A stretch of DNA of 64,000 nt, taken from the NCBI GenBank assembly GCA_963841165.1, contig CAWJCA010000044.1:148007-212006 (forward strand), written 5' to 3'. This document shows positions 40,031-51,310 of this stretch, one piece after another. Below the pieces are notes generated by a model. It worked only from the letters and a program-made list of their open reading frames with translations, was not told where the DNA came from and did no database searches. Made by a program: the position numbers and the translations under genes. Every line of letters starts with the position of its first letter. Within the stretch, counting starts at the first letter, position 1. This stretch comes from an uncultured Gammaproteobacteria bacterium (lineage in GTDB: Bacteria > Pseudomonadota > Gammaproteobacteria > Steroidobacterales > Woeseiaceae).

Positions 40031-43000
40031 ATGACGATGGAACGCAAGCAAAGAATAGAGACATTAATGCGCTCACTGGATGAGCGTATCCTGCTGCTCG
40101 ACGGTGCCATGGGTACGATGATCCAGTCTTTCGGCCTGACTGAAGACGACTACAGGGGCGAGCGCTTTGCGGATTTCGGTCATGATCTGAAAGGCAACAA
40201 TGATCTTCTGTCACTGACGCGTCCGGACATCATTCGCGACATTCACAGTCAGTTTCTCGAGGCTGGCGCTGACGTTATCGAAACCAACACGTTCAATTCC
40301 AACGCGCCCTCGATGGCCGACTATGGAATGGAGTCGCTGGTAGCCGAACTGAACACCGCGGCTGCGAGGATCGCGCGCGAGTGTGCCGAAGCTTATGCCG
40401 CGAAGACCGGTGTCACACGCTATGTTGCAGGCGTGCTCGGCCCGACGAACCGCACCGCGTCGATCTCACCCGACGTGAACGATCCGGGCTTTCGCAACAT
40501 CAAATTCGACGATCTCGCCGAGACTTATGAAACCGCGGCCAGTGCCCTGATCGAGGGCGGTGTCGATTTCCTGATGATCGAGACCATCTTCGACACGCTC
40601 AATGCGAAAGCTGCAATTGTCGGTCTCAAGCGCAGCTTCCGGGCGACCGGTATTGAACTCCCTGTCATGATCTCGGGAACTATCACCGATGCCTCGGGGC
40701 GCACCTTGTCCGGGCAGACCACCGAAGCGTTCTGGAACTCGGTCCGACATATTAATCCGTTCATGATCGGCCTCAACTGTGCGCTGGGTGCGACCGAATT
40801 GCGGCCCTATGTCGCGGAGCTTGCGCGCATCGCCGATACCCGCGTGAGCGCACATCCGAACGCCGGGCTGCCGAACGAGTTCGGCGAATACGACGAGACC
40901 CCTGAGGAAATGGCCGAGGTCGTCGGCGAGTTTGCGAACAGCGGGCTCGTCAACCTGGTTGGCGGTTGTTGCGGTACCCGGCCGGACCATATTCGTGCAT
41001 TGGGCAAAGCCGTGGACGGCTGCGCCCCGCGCAGCATTCCGGAGCTGCCCGTGAAATGCCGGTTGTCAGGACTCGAGCCGTTCAACATCGGGCCCGATGA
41101 CCTGTTCGCCAACGTGGGCGAACGATGCAATGTGACGGGCTCGGCCGTGTTCCGACGCCTGATCGAGGCCAACGATTACGCGGCTGCCGTCGCGGTTGCG
41201 CGCCAGCAGGTCGACAACGGCGCGCAGATCATCGACGTCAACATGGACGAGGGCATGCTCGACTCCGAAAAGGCGATGGTCACTTTCCTGAATCTAATCG
41301 CGTCGGAACCTGACGTTTCGCGCCTTCCGATCATGATCGATTCGTCGAAGTGGACGGTCATCGAAGCGGGTCTAAAGTGTGTACAGGGCAAGGCCGTCGT
41401 CAATTCCATCAGCCTCAAGGAAGGCGAGGACGCATTTCTTCGGCAGGCAAACCTGTGTCGCGATTATGGTGCCGCCGTCATCATCATGGCGTTCGATGAA
41501 CAGGGCCAGGCGGACACGATCGAGAGAAAAGTAGGGATCTGCAAGCGCTCTTACAAGGTGCTGACGGAGCAGGTCGGGTTCGATCCGGCCGACATCATTT
41601 TCGATCCCAACATTTTCGCGGTTGCGACCGGCATCGAAGAACACGCAAGCTACGGGCTCGATTTCATCGAAGCCACGCGCCAGATCAAGGCGGCGCTACC
41701 GCACGTGCTTGTCAGTGGTGGCGTGAGTAACGTGTCGTTTTCATTCCGTGGCAACAATATCGTGCGTGAGGCCATTCACTCGGTGTTCCTGTATCACGCG
41801 ATTCGTGCCGGCATGGATATGGGTATCGTCAATGCAGGGCAGCTTGCGATTTATGACGACCTGCCCAAGGATCTTCGCGATGCGGTCGAAGACGTCATCC
41901 TCAATCGCGATCCCGAAGGGACGGAGAAACTGCTGGCAGTCGCCGAGAACTACAAAGGACAGGCCGGTGGCGCCGTTGCGAAAGGAAAGGATCTTTCATG
42001 GCGCGAAGAGCCTGTTGAGAAACGCCTCGAGCATGCGCTCGTCAACGGCATTGATGAGTTCGTCATCGAAGACACGGAAGAAGCGCGCTGTGGAACCGAC
42101 CGACCGCTCGATGTCATCGAAGGCCCGCTGATGGCTGGCATGAATGTCGTCGGCGATTTGTTTGGCGAGGGCAAGATGTTCCTGCCACAGGTCGTCAAGT
42201 CGGCGCGCGTGATGAAAAAAGCCGTCGGCCACCTCGTACCGTTCATCGAGGAAGAGAAGGGCGGTGAGATAACGTCGAACGGCAAGATCATTCTGGCGAC
42301 GGTAAAAGGGGACGTACACGACATCGGCAAGAATATTGTCGGCGTGGTATTGCAGTGCAACAACTTCGAGGTCGTCGATCTGGGCGTCATGGTCTCCTGT
42401 GACAAGATCCTCGAAGCGGCCCGACGCGAGAACGCGAATATTATCGGGCTATCCGGCCTGATTACGCCGTCTCTCGACGAAATGGTGCACGTGGCCAGTG
42501 AAATGCAGCGACTGGGCTACAAATTGCCCTTGCTGATAGGCGGTGCAACAACATCGCCGGCGCATACCGCCGTCAAGATCGAGCCGCGTTACGAGGGCCC
42601 GGTCATTTACGTCAAAGACGCGTCGCGATCCGTCGGCGTGGCGCAGGCATTGGTCGAACCGGACACCTGTGCCGCGCTCATTGAAAAAACGCGGCGCGAG
42701 AATGCGCGTCGGCGCGATCAACACGCGAACAAGAAACGACTCGCACCGCAGCTCTCGATAAACCAGGCGCGCGAACGTAAACACAAATGCGACTGGAGCA
42801 ATTACGCGCCGCCGCGACCGACCTTCGAAGGCAAGCGCGTATTCGATGATATCGATCTCGCGGTTTTGCGTGATTACATTGACTGGATGCCGTTCTTCAA
42901 CGCCTGGGAGTTCCACGGCAAATTTCCCCAGATCCTCAGCGACAAGATCGTCGGTGAAGCGGCGACTTCGCTTTTCGATGACGCGAAAAGGATGCTCGAC

Positions 43001-43751
43001 AAGAATTATCGAAGAACAATGGCTTGAAGCGCGTGCAGTGGTCGGCTTTTTTCCGGCGAATTCGCACGATCATGATGACATTCTGATCTACGCAGACGAA
43101 CAGCGGCAAACGACGCAACAGCGCCTCGTGCACCTGCGGCAACAGCGCTCGAAAGCCGAGGGACAGGCGCAGTCCTGTCTTGCCGACTTCATCGCGCCGT
43201 CCGGCAGAGGGCTTGCCGACTACATCGGTGGCTTCGCCGTGACGGCCGGTATCGGCATAGAAGAGCACGTCGCCCGCTTCGAAAAAGCGCACGACGATTA
43301 CAGCTCGATTATTCTGAAAGCGCTGGCCGATCGGCTGGCCGAGGCCATGGCGGAGTACATGCACCAGCGCACGCGTCGGGAATTCTGGGCTTATGCCAGC
43401 GATGAACAGCTGACTAACGAGGACCTGATCCGTGAAAAATACCGCGGGATCCGGCCTGCACCAGGCTATCCGGCGTGTCCCGACCACACGGAGAAGGGCA
43501 AGCTTTGGCAGCTGCTCGATGTGGAGGCCAGTATCGGCCTTGAGTTGACCGAGTCCTACGCAATGTACCCAACGGCCGCCGTCAGTGGTTTCTATTTCGC
43601 GCATCCGGATTCGAGGTATTTTGCCGTGGGCAAGATCGGTCGCGACCAGCTCGAATCCTACGCCGAGCGGCAGGGTATCAGTGTCGCCGATGCCGAGAAA
43701 TGGCTGGCGCCGAACCTGGGGTACGAGCCCGGGGCTGCCAACGCGGCCTGA
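40031..43751 (+). pseudogene. metH: Cobalamin-dependent methionine synthase MetH, frame broken by a 1-nt insertion near 43004-43005 (possible sequencing error)
   Basis: Hcy-binding, pterin-binding, B12 ([11 protein letters not shown]) and AdoMet-activation modules are all present. The first frame ends ...DDAKRMLDK then NYRRTMA*. The second frame continues [19 protein letters not shown]... to 43751. Length is 3721 nt, which is 3n+1. Confidence 0.9.
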
Positions 43752-43891
43752 GCCAGTCGTGTGGAAATGACGTTTTCGTGCACGATCGGCGTCGATTGTG
43801 AACATTTATTACAGGCGGATGCAGGTACTTTTGCTAGACTTGGGCATCCGTTAGTCTGATTTGTTAATCAATCCGGCAGGGAATTAAGCGC

Positions 43892-44854
43892 ATGCAAGAA
43901 CCACCAATTCCACTCGACGAAACCGTTCGCCTGCTGAGTCTGCATTCGCTGCGCATCATGGACTCTGCGCCCGAGGAGCGATTTGATCGGGTCACGCGAA
44001 TGGCGAAGCGGATCTTCGACGTCAACATCTGCCTGGTAAGTCTAGTCGACTCGGATCGCCAGTGGTTCAAGTCACGACAGGGGCTCGACGCCTGCGAGAC
44101 ACCCAGAGAGGTCTCGTTCTGTGGCCACGCGATCCTGGAGGAGCGGGCTTTTGTCATCGAGGATGCGCACACCGATCCGCGTTTTTCCGATAACCCGCTC
44201 GTTACAGGCAATCCTAATGTGCGTTTTTATGCCGGCTATCCCGTGCATTCGGGCGAGGGTAAACGTATCGGCACGTTGTGTCTGATTGATGACAAGCCGC
44301 GCTCCTTTTCGGCAAATGACGCGGAAACGCTCAAGGATTTTGCGGCACTGGTCGACGATGAACTGACGTCGTCGGCTGAGATCAATGTCGATGAACTGAC
44401 GAAAATTGCGAACCGGCGTGGCTTTCAGCAGGTCGCCGAGCATCTGTTGCCGCTTTGCAAGCGCAACAACCTGGACGTTGAAGTACTGTTCTTTGATCTT
44501 GACGGCTTCAAAGCGCTTAACGACAAATTCGGGCACGAAGCCGGTGACGTGGCATTACAAGCCTTCGCCAAACTGTTGCTCAAGAGTTTTCGAAATTCCG
44601 ATGTCGTCGCGCGCCTGGGCGGAGACGAGTTTGTCGTCATGATGGCCGGCCAGAAAGGCTTTTCCGATAGGGCGGTAGCGAACATGCGCAAGCTCGCTAA
44701 AGACATCAAATCAGACTTCAGCCAACACCTGGGCTGGAGCGTTGGCCGCGTGAGGTACGATCCCGATCGTCATAATGACATCGATGACCTGCTGCGGGAT
44801 GCCGATGAGCGAATGTACGCCGACAAAACCCGCAAGAACAAGGGAACGGCGTAG
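43892..44854 (+). CDS. GAF-GGDEF diguanylate cyclase
   Basis: N-terminal GAF domain (RFDRVTRMAKRIFDVNICLVSLVD...FYAGYPV). The GGDEF domain has an intact GGDEF motif and an RxxD I-site five residues upstream (RNSDVVARLGGDEF). Confidence 0.85.
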   Translation: MQEPPIPLDETVRLLSLHSLRIMDSAPEERFDRVTRMAKRIFDVNICLVSLVDSDRQWFKSRQGLDACETPREVSFCGHAILEERAFVIEDAHTDPRFSDNPLVTGNPNVRFYAGYPVHSGEGKRIGTLCLIDDKPRSFSANDAETLKDFAALVDDELTSSAEINVDELTKIANRRGFQQVAEHLLPLCKRNNLDVEVLFFDLDGFKALNDKFGHEAGDVALQAFAKLLLKSFRNSDVVARLGGDEFVVMMAGQKGFSDRAVANMRKLAKDIKSDFSQHLGWSVGRVRYDPDRHNDIDDLLRDADERMYADKTRKNKGTA

Positions 44855-44893
44855 GCAATCGGCATTGTCTTGGGCAAGGAGGCCTCGGACGAA

Positions 44894-45835
44894 TCAGTTG
44901 CCGACCGCGAATTCCACAATCAGTGGCAAGTGATCGGACCCAATGTGCGCGCCCGTGCGTGTTGCAACAACGCCTATACCGTCGGATACCAGTGCATGAT
45001 CAATCGGGATCATCGCGAATGGCAGGAAGGTCGGCCATGTTGGCAGGATGCCGAAACCACGGCGCGTGTTCCGGAGCCCGGTGGTCGCTTCCAGCTTGCG
45101 GTAAGCACGACCCCAAACGCTGGCATTCAGGTCGCCTGTCAGAATCACCGCTCCCGCTGCCTGATTCGCCAGGGCTGCAATGCTCCTGAGTTGTTCATTA
45201 CGCGCTTCGTACAGCAATCGGGATACCGGAACAGTGGGATGCGTGTTGATCAGCGTAAGTGCTGCGTCATTCACGGTCATCGTGGCCACTATCGTCGGGT
45301 AGTCCAGCGGGGGACTTGCTACATGTTCGACTGAATCGAGTGCCATGCGAGAAAACATCGCGATGCCGAAATTGCCGTCCCTCGCCTCGACGTAATTGTA
45401 GGGGTAGTCTTCGTGCAGAATCAGGGTGGCATCCCGCCACTCCCTGGATACTTCCTGCAGAAAAATAATGTCGGGTCGTTCCGCGTCGACGAGATCGAAC
45501 AAGCGGTCATACTGGTCGTTTCGCGAGAACACATTGACGTGCAGAAGCTTGATGGTGTTGTCGCTTTCGACCGCGGCCCCGCCAAAATACCAGGGCAGCA
45601 CATAACTCGCGTTGAATGCCGTGGTGACGAGCAACAGGACCGCATAGACCGGGTTCCGCAAAACCGTGAATACGGCGAGTAACAGCAGCGATACGGCGAA
45701 GTACTGAGGCCTGAAGTGCGAATACAGCTCGATATTGCGATGCACGAAGTCGAAACTTGTCGCGAGCGAAAACAGGACCGTGACGATCGCGGCGGCCTGA
45801 AGCAGACTAATCAGTGTCACACTTTCTTTGAGCAT
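44894..45835 (-). CDS. Membrane-anchored endonuclease/exonuclease/phosphatase (EEP) family protein
   Basis: N-terminal TM helices followed by the EEP fold (IIFLQEV...GDLNA...GSDHLPLIVEF). Confidence 0.75.
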   Translation of the reverse strand: MLKESVTLISLLQAAAIVTVLFSLATSFDFVHRNIELYSHFRPQYFAVSLLLLAVFTVLRNPVYAVLLLVTTAFNASYVLPWYFGGAAVESDNTIKLLHVNVFSRNDQYDRLFDLVDAERPDIIFLQEVSREWRDATLILHEDYPYNYVEARDGNFGIAMFSRMALDSVEHVASPPLDYPTIVATMTVNDAALTLINTHPTVPVSRLLYEARNEQLRSIAALANQAAGAVILTGDLNASVWGRAYRKLEATTGLRNTRRGFGILPTWPTFLPFAMIPIDHALVSDGIGVVATRTGAHIGSDHLPLIVEFAVGN

Positions 45836-45860
45836 GCCGGGCAGTCGCCGCGTTTTCGGC

Positions 45861-46346
45861 TCAGTCGTCGATCGTTACTTCGAGGATCGTTACTGCTTCG
45901 ACAGGCACGTCTGAATGACCGCTACGATTGCCGGTCGGAACGGCAGCAATGGCATCAACGACGTCCATACCCTCAGAGACCTTGCCAAAAACGGCGTAGC
46001 CGAAATCCCGCGTGCCGTGGTTGAGAAAATCATTGTTCTTGATATTGATAAAGAACTGGGACGTTGCACTGTCAACCACGCCCGTGCGTGCCATTGCGAG
46101 TGTGCCGCGCTCGTTTGATTCGCCGTTGTCCGCTTCATTCTTGATCGGATCGCGGGTCGGCTTGCTGGCCAGGCTTTCGTCCATGCCGCCGCACTGAATC
46201 ATGAAGTTCGGAATCACGCGGTGAAAAATGGTGCCGGCGAAGTGGCCATCCTTGACGTATTGCCGGAAGTTCTCGCAGGAGATCGGGGCTTTGTCGTCAA
46301 ACAGTTCGACGCTGATATCGCCGTGATTGGTCTTGATTGTAATCAT
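45861..46346 (-). CDS. ppiB: Cyclophilin-type peptidyl-prolyl isomerase
   Basis: [31 protein letters not shown]...[14 protein letters not shown]...GTLAMAR. ATG 46346. Confidence 0.9.
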   Translation of the reverse strand: MITIKTNHGDISVELFDDKAPISCENFRQYVKDGHFAGTIFHRVIPNFMIQCGGMDESLASKPTRDPIKNEADNGESNERGTLAMARTGVVDSATSQFFINIKNNDFLNHGTRDFGYAVFGKVSEGMDVVDAIAAVPTGNRSGHSDVPVEAVTILEVTIDD

Positions 46347-46374
46347 GATGTCTCGCAAAAATAGGTGAGCGCCG

Positions 46375-47229
46375 TTATGTACCACCCCTGCGCGCTGCTG
46401 TCACGCGTGGATGGCCGGCAAAATCTTTGTGGTTCACGATATCGGTCCAGCCGCTTGCTGCCAGGATGGCCGCGACCTCATCGTATTGGTCGGCACCGTG
46501 CTCGATCAGCAGCACGCCATCACTTTTCAGGATTTGCCCACAATCGGCGGCAAGTATGCGAATCGCGTCGAGCCCGTCAGCGCCTGCGACCAATGCCTCG
46601 ACGGGTTCGTACCGCAGCTTTGTCAGCGCCGCGTCGCCGGCCCGCACGTAGGGAGGATTCGACACAATAATATCGAACTGCCTGCCGCGAACAGGCTCGC
46701 ACCAGCTGCCGTGCGCGAACGTGATATTGCTTAACGCAAGCTGGCGGGCATTTTCGCGCGCAATGGCCAGCGCTGCTTCGCTGATCTCGACCGCGGTTAC
46801 CTCGCACATCAATCGCTCAGCAGCGAGGGCCACGGCGATGGCGCCGCTGCCCGTGCCCAGGTCCAGGATCTGCCACTCAGCCTTGCGCGGGATCTCCCGA
46901 AGCGCAAGGTCGACCAGCAGCTCGGTTTCCGGCCGTGGTACCAGGGTCGCGGGACTGACAAGCAGTTCATGAGACCAGAATTCCCTGCTACCCATGATGT
47001 ACGCCATGGGTTCACCGTCGAGCCGTCGCCGCAACAGCGCATCAAAGCGACTGAACGTCGTGTCATCGAGAGTGTCTTCGGGATGCGCAAACAGGTAGCT
47101 GCGTGGCAGATCAATGCTGTGGCACAGCAGGAGCTCGGCATCGAGCCGTGGCGAGTCACTGGCAGCAGCCAGCCGCGTCACGGCGTCGCCGAGTATAGCG
47201 TCAATGCGCCTGTCATCTTCCTGGCTCAT
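46375..47229 (-). CDS. prmC: Release-factor glutamine N5-methyltransferase
   Basis: [13 protein letters not shown] and NPPY (IVSNPPYV). ATG 47229 gives [13 protein letters not shown]. The ORF-track start at 47373 would overlap the divergent gene. Confidence 0.88.
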   Translation of the reverse strand: MSQEDDRRIDAILGDAVTRLAAASDSPRLDAELLLCHSIDLPRSYLFAHPEDTLDDTTFSRFDALLRRRLDGEPMAYIMGSREFWSHELLVSPATLVPRPETELLVDLALREIPRKAEWQILDLGTGSGAIAVALAAERLMCEVTAVEISEAALAIARENARQLALSNITFAHGSWCEPVRGRQFDIIVSNPPYVRAGDAALTKLRYEPVEALVAGADGLDAIRILAADCGQILKSDGVLLIEHGADQYDEVAAILAASGWTDIVNHKDFAGHPRVTAARRGGT

Positions 47230-47294
47230 GGCTAGTGCTGGTCCGGTGCTATCGCGTACACTCGCGGCTGGTTTCCAATGTAACTGATGTGTCC

Positions 47295-48656
47295 ATGAAC
47301 GTGTATTCCAATATTCTCGACATGGTTGGCAAAACGCCAATGCTCGAGGTAACGCACATTGATACAGGGCCATGCCGCCTGTTCCTCAAGCTTGAACTCA
47401 TGAACCCGGCCGGTTCCATCAAGGATCGCATCGGCATTTCGATGATCACGGAAGCCGAGAAGCGCGGTGATATCAAGCCCGGCGACACGATTGTCGAAGC
47501 GACGGCCGGCAATACGGGCCTCGGGCTCGCGCTCGTCGCGGCGCAAAAGGGCTATCACCTGATACTGGTGTTGCCCGACAAAATGAGCCAGGAGAAGATT
47601 TTCAATCTGCGCGCGATGGGCGCTGAAGTGGTGCTTACGCGTTCGGATGTAGGCCGGGGTCACCCCGAGTACTACCAGGACCTGGGCAAACGTATCGCGG
47701 ATGAACGGGGCGCTTACTTCATCAACCAGTTTGGCAACCCTGATAACCCGCTCGCACACGAACAAACCACGGCGCCCGAGATTGTCGGCCAGATGGGCGG
47801 CGATCTCGATGCGATCGTACTCGGAGTCGGCTCGAGTGGAACCGTCAGCGGCATCGGCAAGTATCTGCAGGAAAACGCGCCCGACGTAGACCTGATCCTG
47901 GCCGACCCGGTTGGCTCGGTCCTTGCGGACTACATCAACAAGGGCGAACTGGGTGAAAAAGGCAGCTGGCTTGTCGAGGGCATCGGCGAAGACTTTATCC
48001 CGTCCATTGCCGACTTCAGCCAGGTCGCAAAAGCCTACGCAATTACGGACGCCGAATCGTTTGCAGCAGCCCGTGAGCTGCTGAAGAAAGAGGGAGTGCT
48101 TGCCGGATCGTCATCAGGAACGTTGTTGTCGGCCGCACTCAAGTATTGCCGTGAGCAAACCGAGCCGAAAACCGTCGTGACGTTTGCTTGCGATACAGGT
48201 AATAAATACCTGTCGAAACTCTTCAATGACTTCTGGATGGAAGACCAGGGTTTTATCACGCGCAAGCAGTTCGGTGATTTGCGCGACCTGGTCGGGCGGC
48301 CGCACGGAGAGCGTGCGACGATCACAGTAGGACCTACTGACGTACTGACGACTGCCCACAACCGTTTGCGTAATGCGGGTTTCTCGCAGCTGCCGGTCAT
48401 GGACGAAGGTGATCTCGTCGGTGTTGTCACCGAGGATGCCATCATCCAGTTTGTGTACGGCAAACCGGAACTCATGAACGCCAATGTCGAAGATGCGATG
48501 GAGTCCGCGTTCATCAAGCTCGACAGAACCGAAAGCATGAACAACCTGGTCGCTATGCTGCGTGTGCAGCCCTATGCGGCCATCATGGATGGCGAAGATT
48601 TCGTTGGCCTGATTACACGATCGGACGTACTCAACTATCTTCGCCGCCAGATGTGA
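47295..48656 (+). CDS. Cystathionine beta-synthase (PLP fold-II + tandem CBS domains)
   Basis: LKLELMNPAGSIKDRIG (PLP lysine), GNTG, GVGSSGT and a C-terminal CBS pair. ATG 47295. Confidence 0.83.
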   Translation: MNVYSNILDMVGKTPMLEVTHIDTGPCRLFLKLELMNPAGSIKDRIGISMITEAEKRGDIKPGDTIVEATAGNTGLGLALVAAQKGYHLILVLPDKMSQEKIFNLRAMGAEVVLTRSDVGRGHPEYYQDLGKRIADERGAYFINQFGNPDNPLAHEQTTAPEIVGQMGGDLDAIVLGVGSSGTVSGIGKYLQENAPDVDLILADPVGSVLADYINKGELGEKGSWLVEGIGEDFIPSIADFSQVAKAYAITDAESFAAARELLKKEGVLAGSSSGTLLSAALKYCREQTEPKTVVTFACDTGNKYLSKLFNDFWMEDQGFITRKQFGDLRDLVGRPHGERATITVGPTDVLTTAHNRLRNAGFSQLPVMDEGDLVGVVTEDAIIQFVYGKPELMNANVEDAMESAFIKLDRTESMNNLVAMLRVQPYAAIMDGEDFVGLITRSDVLNYLRRQM

Positions 48657-48667
48657 GGACGATGTAA

Positions 48668-49831
48668 ATGACCGGAAATAACAAAAAACGCGCATTCGCC
48701 ACGCGCACGATCCACGCGGGGCAGGCTCCGGATCCGAGCACGGGTGCAATCATGCAGCCGATCTACGCGACCTCGACCTACGTGCAGTCGAGTCCCGGCG
48801 TTCACCAGGGGTATGAGTATTCCCGAACCCAGAACCCGACGCGCATGGCGTACGAACGCTGCATCGCGGACCTCGAATCCGGATCTCACGGTTTCGCATT
48901 TGCATCCGGCATGGCGGCGACGGGCACGATACTCGAACTGATCGACAGCGGCAGTCATGTGATCGCGATGGACGATCTCTATGGCGGTACGCGCCGCCTG
49001 TTTACGGGCGTACGGACCCGCAGCGCCGGGCTCGACTTCAGTTACGTCGATCTTACGGCCCTGGACGAGGTCAAGAACGCGTTCAATGACAACACGCGTA
49101 TGGTCTGGATCGAGACGCCAACCAACCCCTTGTTGAAGATCGTCGACATCAACGCTGTTGCGGCTCTTGGCAAGAAGCATGGGGCGATCGTCGTCGTGGA
49201 CAACACCTTCGCAACGCCTTACCTGCAGCGACCGCTCGAGCTCGGTGCCGATATCGTCATGCACTCGGCGACCAAATTCATCAACGGTCATTCCGATATG
49301 GTGGGCGGAATTGTCGTTACCGCCGACACAGTGCTTGCGGAGCAACTCGGGTACTTGCAAAACTCTATCGGTTCCGTTGCGGGTCCTTTCGACAGCTTTC
49401 TTGCTTTACGCGGTGTCAAGACGCTTGACGTTCGCATGCAGCGGCACTGCGAAAGCGCCATGCGCATTGCCGAATGGCTCGAGGAGCATCCACGCGTGGA
49501 CAGCGTTCTTTACCCTGGGTTGCCGTCTCATCCCGAGCATGAACTCGCACGCAAGCAAATGGACGGTTTCGGCGGTATCGTCACTTTTTTTATCAAAGGC
49601 GATCTCGCTGATGCACGCCGTTTCCTCGAACGCTGCGAAGTTTTCGCGCTTGCAGAGAGCCTTGGCGGTGTCGAGAGCCTGGTCGACCACCCGGGGATCA
49701 TGACGCACGCGAGCGTGCCTGAAAGAGAGCGTGCCAAACTCGGCATCAACGACCAGTTGATACGCCTGTCAGTGGGCATCGAGGCGATTGAAGACCTGAT
49801 CGAGGATCTTGAGCAGGCGCTTGGTTCGTGA
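48668..49831 (+). CDS. Cystathionine gamma-lyase / Cys-Met-metabolism PLP enzyme
   Basis: YSRTQNPT, DNTFATPYLQRPLELGADIVMHSATKFINGHSD (PLP lysine). It lies 12 nt after the CBS gene, which suggests reverse transsulfuration. Confidence 0.83.
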   Translation: MTGNNKKRAFATRTIHAGQAPDPSTGAIMQPIYATSTYVQSSPGVHQGYEYSRTQNPTRMAYERCIADLESGSHGFAFASGMAATGTILELIDSGSHVIAMDDLYGGTRRLFTGVRTRSAGLDFSYVDLTALDEVKNAFNDNTRMVWIETPTNPLLKIVDINAVAALGKKHGAIVVVDNTFATPYLQRPLELGADIVMHSATKFINGHSDMVGGIVVTADTVLAEQLGYLQNSIGSVAGPFDSFLALRGVKTLDVRMQRHCESAMRIAEWLEEHPRVDSVLYPGLPSHPEHELARKQMDGFGGIVTFFIKGDLADARRFLERCEVFALAESLGGVESLVDHPGIMTHASVPERERAKLGINDQLIRLSVGIEAIEDLIEDLEQALGS

Positions 49832-50145
49832 ATCTGCGCAGTATCAATAAGATGCGACTGACGACGATCACGATGGTAGTTTATGCGGCCCTTCTCGCCA
49901 GTTGCTCAAGTATGTCGGGTGAGCAGATTGTCCGGGAGGCAGCTGGTTTGGTCGTCGTGCAGAAAGCCAAGGACAACTACATTGAAGACTGCGTTCGGCA
50001 AAAAAATCCGGAAATCGATTGCGATGATCGTTTTGACGACATTCAGGCTGAGGGCGAAAAGGCTTGGGACGAACGGGAGCGTTCCGAAGGACGCAGTCGA
50101 CCAGATCGGCTGACCGAGGACTTCGACGAGTTCTTCGACAAATAA
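49828..50145 (+). CDS. Small lipoprotein, hypothetical
   Basis: Lipobox ALLASC. GTG 49828 overlaps the lyase stop (GTGA); an alternative ATG is at 49852. The mature part is acidic and charged. Confidence 0.5.
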   Translation: MNLRSINKMRLTTITMVVYAALLASCSSMSGEQIVREAAGLVVVQKAKDNYIEDCVRQKNPEIDCDDRFDDIQAEGEKAWDERERSEGRSRPDRLTEDFDEFFDK

Positions 50146-50147
50146 CC

Positions 50148-50187
50148 GGGGTCGAACCGAGGTTTTCGACAACCTCGGTTCGACCCC
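50148..50187. terminator. Bidirectional intrinsic terminator
   Basis: Perfect 17-bp stem (GGGGTCGAACCGAGGTT / AACCTCGGTTCGACCCC) with a 6-nt loop, flanked by A/T-rich runs. It sits between convergent genes. Confidence 0.65.
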
Positions 50188-50215
50188 TATTTATTACTCT
50201 GGTCTATTTTCGATA

Positions 50216-51298
50216 TCAGCCTCCCAACGCGGCAAGCTGGTCCGCCTGGTACTCATTGATCAGCGGCTCGATGACCTGTTCGAGGCCGCCTTCGACAATC
50301 TCGTCGAGTTTGTAAAGCGTGAGGTTGATGCGGTGATCGGTGACACGACCCTGCGGGAAGTTGTAGGTTCGGATGCGCTCACTGCGATCACCCGAGCCCA
50401 CCAGCAGCCGGCGCTTCTCCGCCTGCTCCGTTTCCTGTTGTGAAACCTGCGCGTCGAGCAATCGCGCCTGCAATAGTGACATAGCGCGCGCACGGTTCTT
50501 GTGCTGTGAACGTTCGTCCTGGCATTCGACGACGATTCCGGTTGGCAGGTGTGTGAGTCGCACGGCAGAGTCTGTCTTGTTTACGTGCTGACCGCCGGCG
50601 CCGGATGCACGGTAGGTGTCAATTCGCAGATCCGCCGAATTGACTTCCACGGCTTCGACCTCGTCGGGCTCAGGCAGCACGGCGACCGTGCAGGCAGACG
50701 TGTGTATGCGTCCCTGTGATTCGGTTGCCGGAACGCGTTGCACGCGATGCGCGCCCGATTCAAACTTGAGCTTCGCGTAAATACTGCGGCCGCTGATACG
50801 GCTGATTACTTCCTTGTAGCCTCCGTGATCGCCCTCGCGTGCCGACAGTACTTCGATCGACCAGCCCATGGACTCGGCATACTTTGAATACATGCGAAAA
50901 AGATCGCCGGCGAAGATAGCAGCCTCATCGCCGCCGGTTCCTGCACGGATCTCGAGAAAGACGTTGCTGTCGTCATGCGGGTCCGCCGGGATCAGGGATT
51001 TCTGCAGCTTTGCCAGCAAGATTTCGCGCCGCTCGGCAAGACCCTTGAGTTCTTCCTGGCCCATCTCGCGAATCTCAGGGTCCGCATCATGGGTCATCTC
51101 CTCGGCGGAGGCGATGTCGTCGAGCAAGGCCTCGTAGGCCTGAAAAGACTGCACCACGGGCTCGACGCGTGAGTATTCTTTCGACAGGTCGCGAAACTGG
51201 TTCTGGTCCGAAATAACGTCTGCATCGGCAAGCAGACCGGCGATTTCCTCGAATCGCTCCTTCACGGATTCCAGCTTTAGGCGTATGGATTCTTTCAC
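50216..51298 (-). CDS. prfA: Peptide chain release factor 1
   Basis: PAT tripeptide ([14 protein letters not shown]) and GGQ motif ([16 protein letters not shown]). Confidence 0.95.
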   Translation of the reverse strand: MKESIRLKLESVKERFEEIAGLLADADVISDQNQFRDLSKEYSRVEPVVQSFQAYEALLDDIASAEEMTHDADPEIREMGQEELKGLAERREILLAKLQKSLIPADPHDDSNVFLEIRAGTGGDEAAIFAGDLFRMYSKYAESMGWSIEVLSAREGDHGGYKEVISRISGRSIYAKLKFESGAHRVQRVPATESQGRIHTSACTVAVLPEPDEVEAVEVNSADLRIDTYRASGAGGQHVNKTDSAVRLTHLPTGIVVECQDERSQHKNRARAMSLLQARLLDAQVSQQETEQAEKRRLLVGSGDRSERIRTYNFPQGRVTDHRINLTLYKLDEIVEGGLEQVIEPLINEYQADQLAALGG

Positions 51299-51310
51299 GT
51301 CGCGACCCGC

